Assembly: GCA_010093605.1 (NCBI GenBank)
Contig: MU004182.1
Coordinates: forward strand, 2,341,195 to 2,405,194
Length of the DNA stretch: 64,000 bases
From: Lophium mytilinum
Taxonomy: Eukaryota
Direction: 5' to 3'
Of the stretch, positions 39,463 through 52,128 are shown one piece after another (the first letter of the stretch is position 1; each line of letters begins with the position of its first letter). The notes beneath the pieces are model-generated. The model was not told the DNA's origin. It saw only the letters and a program-made list of their open reading frames with translations, and ran no database searches. Position numbers and translations under genes: made by a program.

Positions 39463-41663
39463 ATGCCCGATGAAGAGGCATCACAGGGCCGTCTTCATGA
39501 TGAAGGACTGGACTCGAACGATGCCACCAGCCGGTTGAAGCATGATGCTCTCCTCTCTCACGAGGACGCAGAACAACAACTTGATGACCCCGCGCTGAAC
39601 TACAATGGTTCTTCCAGCCTGTTGAACCTCGCCCCAGAGCACGAAGCTCTCCTCTCGCAAGAGAATGAAGATTACGACCATGGCAGTGACAGCGAGAGCT
39701 TTGAGCTGGAAACCTTCCATGCTACCGGCGAGGGTTGGGAGAAAAGGCCCCAGAAGCTGAGACTCCTAAACAATTGTTTCAGATCAAAGTGCTCTAAGGT
39801 TATAGTCGCTGTAGCCGCATTCGCTCTCGCCATTTTCGTTGCCGCATTCCTGCTCCGCGATGAGCTCCGTCCCTTCATCGGTGGGCATCAACTCGATCCC
39901 CCACAAGCCTACCTCCTCGACCCGAACTGGGACTTTACTGCTCCATCGACGAGACGAGACTACACGTGGGTTATTGAAGACGTGGAGCACAACCCTGATG
40001 GAGTGTACAGGCCTATGATGGTCATAAACGGACAGTTCCCAGGACCGTTGATAGAAGTCAATGAGGGAGATACCATAGTGGTGCAAGTTGTCAATAAAGC
40101 TACCAATGCTACTTCAATCCACTGGCACGGGATATACCAAAGTACGTGACTTGCTGCAATTGGATCTGGAGACCCTGTGCTGACCTTGACATAGATGGTA
40201 GCAATTGGATGGACGGCACGGTAGGCGTCACTCAATGTCCCATCGGCCCCGGGGCGAACTTCACATACGAGTTCCGAGTAGACGGACAATCCGGGACCTA
40301 CTGGTACCATGGACATCATGGCGTTCAATCATCAGATGGCCTCGTGGGCCCGCTGGTCATACACTCCGAGGATGAGAAGTCGCTACAAAGGATCGAGTAT
40401 GCTAGTGATCGGGTGGTGATAGTGCAGGACCATTATTACGACCTCTCTGGTGCCCTAATCATGGACTACCTAAAGCCGGATCGCGAGAATGCGGAGCCTG
40501 TACCTGCTGGCGCTCTAATCAACGGCCAGAATGTTCGGAACTGCGATGATCTGCCCAACCGCAAGTGCGACAACTCGACCGCTCGCCTTGCAGAGTTCAA
40601 TCTAGAGCCGGGCAAGAACCATCGGCTGCGCTTCATCAATGTCGGAGCGTTGGCGACTTTCCAGATTCAGCTAGACGAACACGAGTTCGCAATTACAGAG
40701 GTTGATGGGACGGACGTGTTGCCGCAATATCACCACCGGCTCAAGATTCAACCTGCTCAACGATACAGCATCGTCATCAATACAAACGTTACCACTGGAG
40801 AGGCATATTGGCTGCGGGCTCGCATGGTCACCCACTGTTTTGCCGAAGAGAACATCGAAATGGCGGCTGAAGTCTGGGGAATTGTGAGATATACCTCTTC
40901 CAGCCCTCTTCTCGTCAACGTTCGCCCTTCAAGTCGCGACTGGCCCGAAACCATCGAACTCGACTGCAACGATATGGATACCTCTGGACTCCGCCCTGTG
41001 ATAGCTATTCCAGCCCCTGCTACGGCCGATGATGTTCTGTATCTGAGGGTCAACTTCGAGATTGGTGCTTGGAAATTGTCCCGAGGCTTCTTTAATGCAA
41101 GCTCATGGCGGGCTCCTGTATCCTCGCCCACTCTCAACCGCCTTATCGAAGGCTATTCCACCTCGAACGAATCTTTCACATCTTCTCTGTCCAGTCACTT
41201 TGGCTACAACTCGGCCGCTTTTGCTACGCTACGCGAACTTGTCTACCAGACGACTGGCATCCGCACCATCGATATCCTGATGCAGAATTTCAACGAAGGC
41301 AGCCACCCCATGCATCTTCACGGCTACAAGTTTTGGGTTCTGGCGCAGGGCCACGGCTACCCTCCAAAGGATGTCTTCAGTACGCTGGATCTCACTAATC
41401 CACTCCGGCGTGATACAGTTGCTATAGAGGCGTTTGGATGGACTCTTTTGCGCTTTACCGCCGACAATGCAGGCATATGGGCCTTCCACTGTCATCTTTC
41501 GTGGCATGCGGAAGCCGGCCTGCTAATGCAGTTCTTGACTAAGGCGGACGAGGTTGCGAGGTGGACGCTACCGGCGGAGAATATAGGGCTGTGTGAATTG
41601 GAGGGGCATGATAGAGGGAAGGGCCCTGATGATGAAATATGGTATGGACATCCATCACGATGA
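39463..41663 (+). CDS. Multicopper oxidase (laccase-like, CAZy AA1) with an N-terminal cytosolic tail and TM anchor
   Basis: All four Cu-binding motifs are present: IHWHG, WYHGH, HPMHLHG and HCHLSWHAEAGL. TM VIVAVAAFALAIFVAAFLL follows ~110 hydrophilic residues; intron 40142-40194. Confidence 0.92.
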
Positions 41664-42163
41664 AGCGGGCATCTAGACTTGTCACAACGATAGGTTATGG
41701 CCCTTCTGATATCCGAAGAAGCTAGTGTGAATCATAGAAAGACATAAGTTGAAGAAGGACAATACTGTGCTGCTATATGGACGTCTAAAGTCGAATCCCT
41801 ATATTCCGAGCCTAGTTCACTGGATCTGCTATAGGCTTATATACATGCCGTAAAAGTGGTGAAAGTGGTGATAACTGTTGGTGTTGCGGCTCAGGGGGCC
41901 GTTTTTAGCTAGCGCAAGCAGTGACGCATGAGGTGCAGGCGTGCGGGATCGATCGCGACCAGCATCTCCAGTCTCGGCCCAACTCGACCACAGGTGCATA
42001 GGAATCCCCACGCTCCTACATTCACCCATCCGATGCTGCTTCTCACCTCTCCCCTCTAACACTGCTGACGTCGACCGACGAAGTCTCCCTAGCAAGGCGG
42101 CCATGCACTCTCCCCTGGCCGATCCTCTTGCTCCTGCTACCTCCCGAGCCGGCATTTCACGTC

Positions 42164-45100
42164 ATGTCCTCGTCGCCTGCTCCTCCTAGTGAGCCTCGAT
42201 CCTCTGTCTCCTCCGACCCGTCGGCCACGTCGTCCCATACTCTGAATTCGAGATACTCCGGTGTCCATGCAGACAATGGCGAAGGCAGCTCCACCCCCAG
42301 CCGAGCGTCGTCGGTACGACCTCGCAACAACGCGTCGCCTGAGGGGCACTCCACGACGTTGTGGAGCTCTTCGGATACCTATCTGGAGCAGGAGCATGTA
42401 GAAGAGCAGGACTTTGCGCACCGCCAGCACAGGGTCCGGAGGTCAGGTGGCTTTCTCCTGCATTCCGCTTTTCCTTCGCCATCTGGATCGGGAACACCGT
42501 CGGCTAGCGGACAGGATGGCGCGAACGTTGGGGACAGGCATACGTTGCGGCCACCTTCAGATGCTAGCAGAGTTGGGCGGGTGCGACGGGAGAAGAATCG
42601 ATCTTCTGGTAGCTCGCCTCTGTCGCGAGAGCTCGACATCACGAGTCAAGTGGATGGCAATGGTGGACCAAGAGAAGGGAATCATGATGCAGAGAATGGA
42701 CAGTTGCGTGTGGCAAAAATGAGGAATAATCGAGGAGGACAGGCGGAAGATATACAACCAGCGGAAGACTATGCGCCGCCGCCTAGAGCCGCGATAGATC
42801 CCAACCAGATCGTCAACATGGCTCTGAACCTCAGCGAGAGTCGGAAAAGGAACCTCAGTGCCGGGCAGCTTGTTGTGCCGAGTTCGCCTCCCCCGCGCAG
42901 GCTCACGTCGGCCGGACAGCCTACATCCGTGAACAATCAGAGACACGGCGCAGGAGGAAGCCTTCGACACCATCTCCAGCAGCAGAGACGCACCTCGAGA
43001 AACATTTCTCCAAGCACGGCCAGGGACCCTTCATTCGTCGGCCGGCACGTCTCGACTTCAAGTTCGAGGATTCTGACTGGACCGGGTCTGGCTCTGCAGG
43101 GGTTGACGTTTTCTCCCATTACCATAGAGCGCAGAGATCAAGCGAAAGCCTACATAGAGCTGTCAATGGAGTATCTTCGCTTGCTAGAACACCTTCCTCG
43201 ACTCAAACCGGATGCTTCTGCACCGGGAAACTTCGTCATCTCCTCGAACAACGTACCCGGAACGCCGCAGGTCGACCTATCCCGTGTGCCTTCGAATGCG
43301 AATAATAAATACCCTCTCGGCAGACCCTACAACCCCTTACAGTACATCCGCAATCGTCGCACGCGAGCTCGAGAACGCAAGACGCTTGAGCATCACTCAG
43401 AAGAGTTTGAAGATGTCGACAGGGTCAAAGACTGGATAGATGAAGTAGAGAAAAAGGCCGAGCGCCCTGATTATCGCCAGCAAGACAGGGTGTTGCTACC
43501 GAAGTACCATGAAGACCACGCGGAGAAGGATCCTGCGCCCAGTAAGCCAGCCAGGCCTCGCATGGGATGGGTCTTTTCTCCTGCCGAGCTTCTTGCCGAC
43601 GCGTATTGGCTTGAGCAAAATGACAACAAAAGCGGCATAGAGGATCGCTGGGGAAACAGTATCTTTGCACCGAAGAAGCAGATCGATTACCTACAGCCTC
43701 GCTCTAGTAAAGACTACACAGAAAAGAGGAGGAAAAGCTGGATTGAGCCTATTATTGCTGGGGCGTCATCCGAACCTAATACTGGTGATGAAAGCGATGG
43801 ATATAGCGACCGTGGTAGGAAGCGCCGCCTGCTGATTTCTGGTCTTCGAGGAGAAAGCAGCCCCGGACGTCCCAGAAAACATGGATGGCGTAGAACTAAA
43901 ACGGGTTCGAGGACTTCTTCAGACACGTCCGATTCCGAAAACGGGTCTAGCGGCCGAAAGGCTGGGAAACCAAAGCTGATCACATCGAGCGACATGAACA
44001 TAGGGCCGTTGGAACGTCACATGAGGGAAATGCTAGACAAAGAAGCTCAGGAAGGTGGAATAGCTTCTTCCCCAAGTGTGGGATCTCCTGACAAATGGGG
44101 TGAAGGATATCCTATCATAGCGAATGATATGATTGGATCAGAAGCTGGTACTAGTGGAAAGACATCAGAAAAGCTAGCTATTATCGTAAGGCCTGACGAC
44201 GACATACCGCTGCCGAAGAATCGGCCTGCTGATGTTATCATAACTCCCGATTCGGGTCAGGAACCCCGTTCCTCGTTCGAAGATCTCGATACAACGGAGC
44301 CGAACACACCCGTACTTAGGAAGTTCCTCCCCAGCATTGGTCTTGATTTATCACCTCCTACTAGTCGGCGACCATCTCCCACGCGCAAGACAAAGAAGTC
44401 GAAATTTGACATATTCCGATCTGACGGAAGCATCAAAAACCAGAGTCTAGATCCCGATTCTGCCACAGACGAGCACAAGAGAGGTTCCCGACAAGCGAGC
44501 GGCGAAAGCGTTGAGCCAAATGGCTCTGGGGTCGCTAAGATATCAGCACCTACTGCGGTCAAGAACCTCCTATTACACAAAAAGAATGACAGTGTTGGAA
44601 GTCTAGCAATAAGCCCGGAGAAGAAAAGCCGGAAGGATGGCAAAGAACTCAAAGAAGCAAAAGAGCCCTCTTCGGCTGTTACTCGTTTCTTCAAAGGTGG
44701 CCGAATTGGGGAATTGGTACGATATGAAGGGTCCAGAGTTGGCGACTTCATCTTCAAGAAAGACCCGCCCGCTGAAGACTCAGACTCTTCGTCATCAAGT
44801 GCTAGTTCCCCAGAAGACTCGGAAGAGGAGGAGGGAGATGGTATATCATCCCAACATCTACGGCCTAAACCTGCTCCACGAACCACGACGTCTGGCACAG
44901 CTAGCAGCCTCACAGGAAAGAAGAGCGCTCGGTACCACTTGGAGCTACCAACGTTCCGATCTGCCACGTTACCTGAACAAGACGATTCCGACCAGGGAGA
45001 AGCAACAGATTCCCAAATACCTGATCACCACATCTATCGTCAAGCAATGGAGCGCACCAACTCCCGCTCTTCCCGCTTTTCTCGCCTCGCGCCCCCTCCA

Positions 45101-45976
45101 ATGGATATGAGCTCCATCTCCGGAGACAGCCTTACTCCAGTACAGTCACGCACTCGCTCGCCAAGCCGAACTCGCGCCCGACTCAACGCCATCCTCGAAC
45201 GGCCCGGCCAAGTCGGCCGCGGCGGTCTCCCCTTCACCTCCCTAGCGAAACCAAACCCGTCACCCTCCCCGAGCCGCCACCGCAGCTCCTCCCGCCCCCG
45301 TCTCGCCAACAAACGCCACTGGAGCATCACCGACAGCAGCTCGCCCTCCCGCCTCCCCGCTGCCTCCGAAGCCGCCATCTCCACCGCCGACATCGCCCGT
45401 GTGCGCGCCCTCCTCCTCTGCTCGGGCATCAAGGCCCGCGAAATCGCCCGCCGCGCCCACGCACCCCGCGTCCCACCCCCTATCTTTCTCACCCGCGCCG
45501 CCCAGACCGCCGGCGCCAAGCTCATCCCTGTCAGCCGCAAGGAGGAGCACGTCCTCGCGGCCCGCATCCTCGTCCGCTCGCTCGAGGTGTCCACCCAGCG
45601 CGTCCACGACGCCGCCGAGCACTTCCGCAACGAGACGTGCAAGGCGCTTGTGGAGCGCGTGTCCGGGCTCAAGGCGAAGGTGGAGGAGGAGCTGTTTCCG
45701 CGCGTGCGCGCAAGTGGGGACGAGGCGCTGGCGATTACGGGGGAGGTGGCGGGGCAGGCGCCGCTGCTTTTCAAGGGGGTTAGCGATCGGGTGGATGCGA
45801 TGATGCGGATGCGGAGGCGGCGGATGCGGTGGGTGAGGCGGGTGGGGTGGATGTTGGTGGAGTGGGGGTTGTTGGGGGTTATGTGGGCGCTTTGGCTGAT
45901 TGTGGTGGTGGTGAGGTTGGTCAGGGGCGTGACTGTGGGGGTTGTTAGGGGCGTGAGGTGGTTTCTTTGGATATGA
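42164..45976 (+). CDS. Large low-complexity fungal protein, Mtc4-like, with a C-terminal membrane segment
   Basis: Intronless ORF of ~1270 aa with a conserved-looking LGRPYNPLQYIRNR...W...PAELLADAYW core, Ser/Arg-rich linkers and a hydrophobic C-terminus (GWMLVEWGLLGVMWALWLIVV). The Mtc4 label is from recall of the YNPLQ motif. Confidence 0.75.
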   Translation: MSSSPAPPSEPRSSVSSDPSATSSHTLNSRYSGVHADNGEGSSTPSRASSVRPRNNASPEGHSTTLWSSSDTYLEQEHVEEQDFAHRQHRVRRSGGFLLHSAFPSPSGSGTPSASGQDGANVGDRHTLRPPSDASRVGRVRREKNRSSGSSPLSRELDITSQVDGNGGPREGNHDAENGQLRVAKMRNNRGGQAEDIQPAEDYAPPPRAAIDPNQIVNMALNLSESRKRNLSAGQLVVPSSPPPRRLTSAGQPTSVNNQRHGAGGSLRHHLQQQRRTSRNISPSTARDPSFVGRHVSTSSSRILTGPGLALQGLTFSPITIERRDQAKAYIELSMEYLRLLEHLPRLKPDASAPGNFVISSNNVPGTPQVDLSRVPSNANNKYPLGRPYNPLQYIRNRRTRARERKTLEHHSEEFEDVDRVKDWIDEVEKKAERPDYRQQDRVLLPKYHEDHAEKDPAPSKPARPRMGWVFSPAELLADAYWLEQNDNKSGIEDRWGNSIFAPKKQIDYLQPRSSKDYTEKRRKSWIEPIIAGASSEPNTGDESDGYSDRGRKRRLLISGLRGESSPGRPRKHGWRRTKTGSRTSSDTSDSENGSSGRKAGKPKLITSSDMNIGPLERHMREMLDKEAQEGGIASSPSVGSPDKWGEGYPIIANDMIGSEAGTSGKTSEKLAIIVRPDDDIPLPKNRPADVIITPDSGQEPRSSFEDLDTTEPNTPVLRKFLPSIGLDLSPPTSRRPSPTRKTKKSKFDIFRSDGSIKNQSLDPDSATDEHKRGSRQASGESVEPNGSGVAKISAPTAVKNLLLHKKNDSVGSLAISPEKKSRKDGKELKEAKEPSSAVTRFFKGGRIGELVRYEGSRVGDFIFKKDPPAEDSDSSSSSASSPEDSEEEEGDGISSQHLRPKPAPRTTTSGTASSLTGKKSARYHLELPTFRSATLPEQDDSDQGEATDSQIPDHHIYRQAMERTNSRSSRFSRLAPPPMDMSSISGDSLTPVQSRTRSPSRTRARLNAILERPGQVGRGGLPFTSLAKPNPSPSPSRHRSSSRPRLANKRHWSITDSSSPSRLPAASEAAISTADIARVRALLLCSGIKAREIARRAHAPRVPPPIFLTRAAQTAGAKLIPVSRKEEHVLAARILVRSLEVSTQRVHDAAEHFRNETCKALVERVSGLKAKVEEELFPRVRASGDEALAITGEVAGQAPLLFKGVSDRVDAMMRMRRRRMRWVRRVGWMLVEWGLLGVMWALWLIVVVVRLVRGVTVGVVRGVRWFLWI

Positions 45977-46314
45977 GGAGTACGCGATGTGCCATCTACA
46001 TTTCTTTGGTTTTATTTGTATATTTTGGGTAACTGTTAGTTCAGCGTTGGCGCTAGGGGAGGTCTCATTGTATGAATATGTAAGTTAAGGGGTCAAATGG
46101 GCATATTTCGGCGTTGCGATCGCGAGGTTTCCTTCAGCGGGAGCCTTTTCAGAGGCAAGCACATCATAAGCATTGGGAAACGGGAAGGACAACGAATCGT
46201 TCTCAGAACATGTCATTATATAGATATATCCGCCTTACGCTTTTTAATCAATACCACGAAGACTTTTTTCGATAGATGGCCTAAGATTCAGCCTGCTTTT
46301 GTTTGTGAGATATC

Positions 46315-49129
46315 TTATCGAATCACGATCTCGATCGCCACCTCGTTGCTCCAACCGGCCTCGGAGTCCGTCTCCTTCCACGCTTTGACGACATCGATTT
46401 CGAGGACGTTAGGGCAGACGGCGTTGATCTTGACGCAGTCGAGCGGGATGGGCTTGCTGAAGAGGAGGGCCATGAAGTCGTTCTCCAGAGATCGCTTCGG
46501 GAGTTCGGAGATGTAGAGACCTATTGTCGTGTGAGCGTGACGCGAACGATGGAATTTGGATGGAAGGAGAAAACTCACCATAAGTGCCCAGCGCCTTCAG
46601 CGACGTCCAGACCTTCAGCCTCCCAGATGTCCGATCAATGTGAATATCTGTATTCACGATAGCAGCGGCACCTGTCATCTTGCCTATCAAACCTAGGTTG
46701 GCGACGCTTATCGATGATGGCCCGTCTGCGGGTTGCTTGCGCTGCAGCTTGAAGGAATGAACGGGGAAGGCGGACAGGATCTCCCATCCCTGAACTGGGA
46801 GGTTGAGCAAGGCGCACGGATCATCTCCGTTGATGACCTGGCTGCTGACTTGGGAAGTTGTGTGGCTGCGAATGACATAGCTTCCTTCCTCAGTGCCGGG
46901 GAATTGGTCGAGCCGGAGCAGCTCGGAGATGCTGCGTTGTGAGACGTTGAAGACGCCGAGGATGCCGGTTCCGGTGTGCGCCATGCCCACGTAGGTCCCG
47001 ATCTTGAGCAATGCGGGCTCGTCGTAGCTGCTGTATGCTTCTATGCTCTTTCCGACGGTGTGGGTGCGCAGGATGACAGTGTTTCCGCGGGGGGTTTGGG
47101 CTGTCATTTGATGGATGAGGTCGACGTCGTGCTTGCCGGGGACGTCTGTGATGTAGATGGGGCCTCCGGAGACGCAGCGTGCGGCGGCATGGAAGGATGC
47201 CCAGGGGTGTGACGTTTGGAACATGTCCCAATCCGGTAAAACGTTCAAATGCTGGGTGAAGAGAGAGTTGTGCGCGTTGCAGAAGATGTGCCAGGGATGT
47301 GAGGCAGGGACTTCTGGGAAAAAGTCGTCTGAGTTACGGACCATGATCTGGGGCTTGTTGAATGGCATCTGAGAGTGGAATAGGATTTGTGGAGTCTGCG
47401 ACATGCAGGAAATAGCTTTGGCGGAGAAGTATCGTAGGATGTTTATGGACCATGCATCTTGATATGTGCGGATCAAGGCCCTCCTGTCGGTAGCATCGTC
47501 TAGCTCATCTAGGAAGAATTGAGCATCCGTCTTGACCGAGTCAACTCCCGTAGAGCTGAGGAAGCTGTAAAAGTCCCGATAGAATCGCGGTACATCCTCT
47601 TCGGCGACAGCGAGCATCTTGCCTCCAGACACACCACCCTTTTTCTGTACAGTCACAGTTTTGTACTCTTTCGCAATCTTGCCGCTGCGAAAGGTTAATA
47701 CATGCATATGAATGATTCAAATGAGGAGCCTTACTGTGGAGAGATACCGCCCCAATATCCGAGTATTGCATGCCATACGGCAATGTGTTTGATGTTCTCG
47801 TTTTTGGAGCGAATATCGGCTACTGTCTTTTGGAGACCTCTGGGGAACCCTCCCTTGTTGGCCTCAAACTCCATCCAGGCATTTTTGAATTGGTCGCCAC
47901 CTTCGGTGTCTAGGGACTGCCAATTATCGTCGATGATGAGATTAGTAATGTTGATCTCATTCTTTTTGAGAGAATCTAAAGCAGTGAATATCTTCTCCTC
48001 GGTAAGATTTTGCCCAATTCCGTTCCATGTGCAGTAAGTAAGTCCATCATACCAGTTTTCTAGCCACTCTGGTTTAATCTCGTCATCCCCCTTGGCCTCT
48101 TCTTCTTTCGAAGCCTCACCTGAAGCTAGTGCATACTTCATTACTAACTTTCGAGCGTAATACATGACGGCCGCATTGGCAACCTCAAAAGTCTGAGCAA
48201 CTGCGACAACGAGTCGGGCAACGCCTTCGCTTTCGCTGTCATTTCGTGAGTTCATGACTATTCCTCCCTCTCCGTCATGGTGGAGTGTAGTCAAGACATC
48301 ATCGACACCACTGACTGCGAGTACGACTAGATGTGAGCCATCCTGACGAAGAAAAGATGCTAATACAGCTTCTTTGTCGGGATTGAATTTAGTTTGTCCT
48401 TGTCGAGGCGCTAGCCATGGGCTCCAAAGTCGGACCAAAGAGAACCATCTCAAGAAGTCGGTAGGCTGACCAAGCTTGTTGATGGAGAATCCGGAGGCTC
48501 TACCGGAGGCCGCATTGACTGGGCTTGTAACGGACCACAAGAGTGTCTCTGGGGTCTCGCTCTTTTCTTCGTCAATTTGAAGATAAGGAGCAAGGTCTGC
48601 TATGTAGTCGGATAAGGCATGAGCTTGTAGACGCAGAGACTGATAAAGCAGTTGGCCGTCTGAGGTTGAGAATTGATCATTGACCCACTTCCACGCTTCA
48701 CCTTCGCCGGCGCGGAATGTGATTGTAAAAGAAACCGGGGATGTACGTCCAGGGTTGCCTTTCAGTGTAGTAGTAAACCACTGATGCTTCGAAGTGGTGC
48801 CGGCGTTACCAAGTACTAACTTGAGACTTAATCAGCCTAAGAGGTTTCTTTCGTTCTCCTTAGGGTGAATCAACATACCGTGGATGCAGGCCGCTCAATT
48901 GGGTCCAAGCGCACACTCTCCCACTTGCTTGGGTCATTACAGTTGGTCCACAATGCTACATTCCAACTCTTCTCCGCAGAACTCTCAATCGCAACGGTAA
49001 ATTGGACCTGAGCGAGGTTAAAGCATTCATCATAGAACATTGGAGTTCATGAACACAACCTACATCCTGAGCATGATCAACAACGGTTGCTTTCCCTAGC
49101 GGAGGGTTGCATATCATCTTAGCGTACAT
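46315..49129 (-). CDS. Raffinose synthase/Sip1 family GH36 alpha-galactosidase
   Basis: GLTYCTWNG, LIIDDNWQ, VWHAILGYWGG, GVDSVKTDAQ, ISCMSQ, RNSDDFFP, PDWDMFQT and HAAARCVSGGPIYITD motifs; start MYAKMICNPPLG; four introns. Confidence 0.92.
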
Positions 49130-49459
49130 GATGGATGGTCAAGGGAGGTGAGAGGAAATCGATCAATTGACGTCAGTGGAATGTAAACATATGATTACTT
49201 TCTTCTGCGCAGGAAGCAACAGGTAGAAAGATACACCTCCAGCTGTATAGGATTCGGAGAGCAGCCTGGTATATCAGTAAGTTCAGACGGAATCAGTGGT
49301 CAAGTGATGCGTTGTCGGGGTGAGGTGGTTAGCACCCCTGACCAACGCTATGTCCAATTAAGCCTAGACACGGGAAGCGGAAAAGTAGTCGGGCCGGGCT
49401 ATAAAATCGCGGAGATCCCAACGCGACTTTTCGTGAAGGATGGTGGGACTTCTCTGGCA

Positions 49460-51447
49460 ATGGCCGCTGCATCGTTTTTCAAGCACTTAGCCCGACCACG
49501 GGCCTACGTCTGTAAGGACTGCATTCGACATGGGGCCGTAGCCAGGCAAGCGAGGCGAACCATCAGCGATGGATGGCTCCGCAAGACCGCCGAAGCAGAG
49601 CTCGCCTGGAAAGAGCAGAGCAAGGTGATCGGGGCGGGCGAGAAACAAAGCATGCTAGCAATTCTAGAGGAACGCGGATTCATCAAAGATGTTGCTGGGT
49701 AGGTTGTCTGCTCGCGAACATCCTCTTGCTTAGACTCACACTTCTATAGGGGCCGAGACGAGCTCGATAACCTCCTGACGAGCAAACGAATAGGCGCATA
49801 CGTCGGCGTAGACCCTACCGCACCCTCGCTGCATGTCGGACACCTTCTTCCGCTAATGGCCCTCTTCTGGATGTATCTACATGGCTTTGGTTGCACTACA
49901 CTGGTCAGTACAAACATCGGCGTACTGGAGACTGGAAGTTGACAACCGGTAGTTAGGCGGAGCAACGGCAAAAGTGGGAGACCCATCAGGCAGATTAAGT
50001 GCTCGTGATGCCCAAAAGGCAGATAGCCAGAAAATGAACATGATCGCCATGCACGTGCAACTCAGGAAGCTCTGGAGCAACGTGGACGCCCTAGCGGGGA
50101 GATTCGGATACCAGAAAGAGTGGGCATGGAAAAGGGCACTGCTGAACAACAACGCGTGGCTGAACAAGCTCGGTATCACCGAGGTGCTCAGAGATCTAGG
50201 CCCAGGTTTAAGACTCGGAACCATGCTCGCAAAAGACACGCACGTTCTTCCTAGTATCTTGCCGAGGGCTTCGCTAATCGCAGCTTAGTGTCAAAACCAG
50301 GCTGGAGAAAGGAGACGGCATGTCTTTTGCAGAATTTTGCTACCCACTTCTGCAGTCGTGGGATTGGTGGCACATGTATCAAGCGAATGGGATACAATTG
50401 CAAATCGGTGGGTCGGACCAATATGGCAACATATGTGCCGGTATGGACGCCATTAACTACATGCGGAAGACCTATCATGCACCTCATCTTCGGGAAGGCC
50501 TTGATGGACCACTCATGGCGCCATTCGGATTCACAACGCCCCTCCTCACTACTTCCTCTGGAGAAAAGTTTGGGAAAAGCGCGGGCAATGCTATTTGGCT
50601 AGACCCTGAGTTGCTGAGCTCCTTTGAGCTATATGGGGTACGCCGAAACCCTCTACCATTTTTGGATTGCAAGACTGATTAGATGGTTTAGTTCTTCGTG
50701 AAGTCCTCCGATGACGACATCGAACGTTACCTGAAGTTGTTCACATTCATTCCCCTCCCAGAAATCAAACTGGTCATGACACACCATAGGGCACAGCCTG
50801 AACAACGACACGCTCAGCACTTAGTTGCTAAAGAGTTTGTCTCGCTTGTTCACGGGGTGCCTGCAGCGGAGAAAGCAGAGAAAGAACACAAAGCCTTATT
50901 TGCCGGAGGGTCGAAAACACTGAACTTGGACGCTCTCAAGAATGCTCCTCAGAGTCCTGGGAAAGCATCGTCTGGCGCTGAGGAAGACATGTCGATGTCG
51001 CTCAATACGTTTGCCCCGCAAGTAAACGCACAGAATGCTCCTCAGAAGTACACCTCTCTGCCCAAATCACTAGTAATGGGATCTGCCTTCCCTCAAATCT
51101 TGTATTCCGCCGGACTGGTGTCCTCTCGCAGTGAAGGCCATCGCCTAGTAAGCGCTCAAGGTGCTTATGTTGCTGGGCAGCCCGATGGCGATAGTATTGG
51201 CAATTCCCTGAATTGGAGCGCGATGAAGCACTTCGAGACCGACAAGCCACAAAAGTATATCCTCGACGGGAATCTGCTAGTGGTGCGAGTCGGGAAATGG
51301 AACATCAGGATGTGCCATATTTTAGAGGACGAGGATTTCGAAGCCCAGGGGCTCACTTGCCCAGGGTGGGAGGATTTCAAGGAGAGGGAGAGAGCAAAGG
51401 CGGATGCAGCGGCCGGAAAAGGGAATTCGGCGCTGTTCCCCTTGTAA
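49460..51447 (+). CDS. MSY1: Mitochondrial tyrosyl-tRNA synthetase (Msy1/CYT-18 type)
   Basis: Arg-rich presequence, [18 protein letters not shown] (HIGH), [37 protein letters not shown] (KMSKS) and an S4-like C-terminus ending VRVGKW; four introns. Confidence 0.95.
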
Positions 51448-52128
51448 GTAAAGCTGTACAGTATCGGATTTTGTAGTATATTGTATGATTGTACAGAGCG
51501 AGTACGTACGCGTGAGTGCTTCTTTGTTCTTATTGCCGTTCAATGTAGGAAGATGCATCATCCCAGGTTTGTGTGAGCTTTCTTGTCACCTTTATGAGCA
51601 ACTCTGCACTCTAAACAAGCTGGGACTGCGCTTTTTTGATCAATAGCCTCTGCTTCGGGGGCATCTCAGACAGTGGTAGACGGATTGGAGGTGGCGCGTC
51701 GCGTCCGCGTAAGAGGGATCGTTTAAAGGAGCAAAAGCAGTGGCAGCAGAGTGTACTTCGACTTGATGGCGAGGCATTGCGTCTTCTCCGAGATCTGAGG
51801 AAGTTCTCATGTCTCGTTTCGGTGGTAAACAACATCTGCTGAGGTTTCCTGGTGAGTTTGAAGAGAACGTTCTGTATAACATGCTAACCTGTTTCTTAGA
51901 TCTTGGAATGCGCCCTGAAGAGTAGCAAAGATGTGTCCAGACTGGTATCCTTGCTGTGCATTGCCGTCAACCATTCCTCGAGCACCACCCGGGCAGCCTT
52001 CGCCAAGCTTTGAACGCCAAAACAGGTTAGCTCGGCAACACGCCCACTAACAACACCGCGCCGCTTTCGCCTATGCTCACGTTCATGTTCCGTCTTCCTT
52101 ACTTCTTCACCCAAGAGCAGAGGCGTCA

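Noticed and set aside
49316..49385. tRNA-like string (ggggtgaggtggttagcacccctg) between the GH36 and TyrRS genes
   Set aside because: Resembles a D-arm/A-box only; no TTCRA T-loop or closing acceptor stem.
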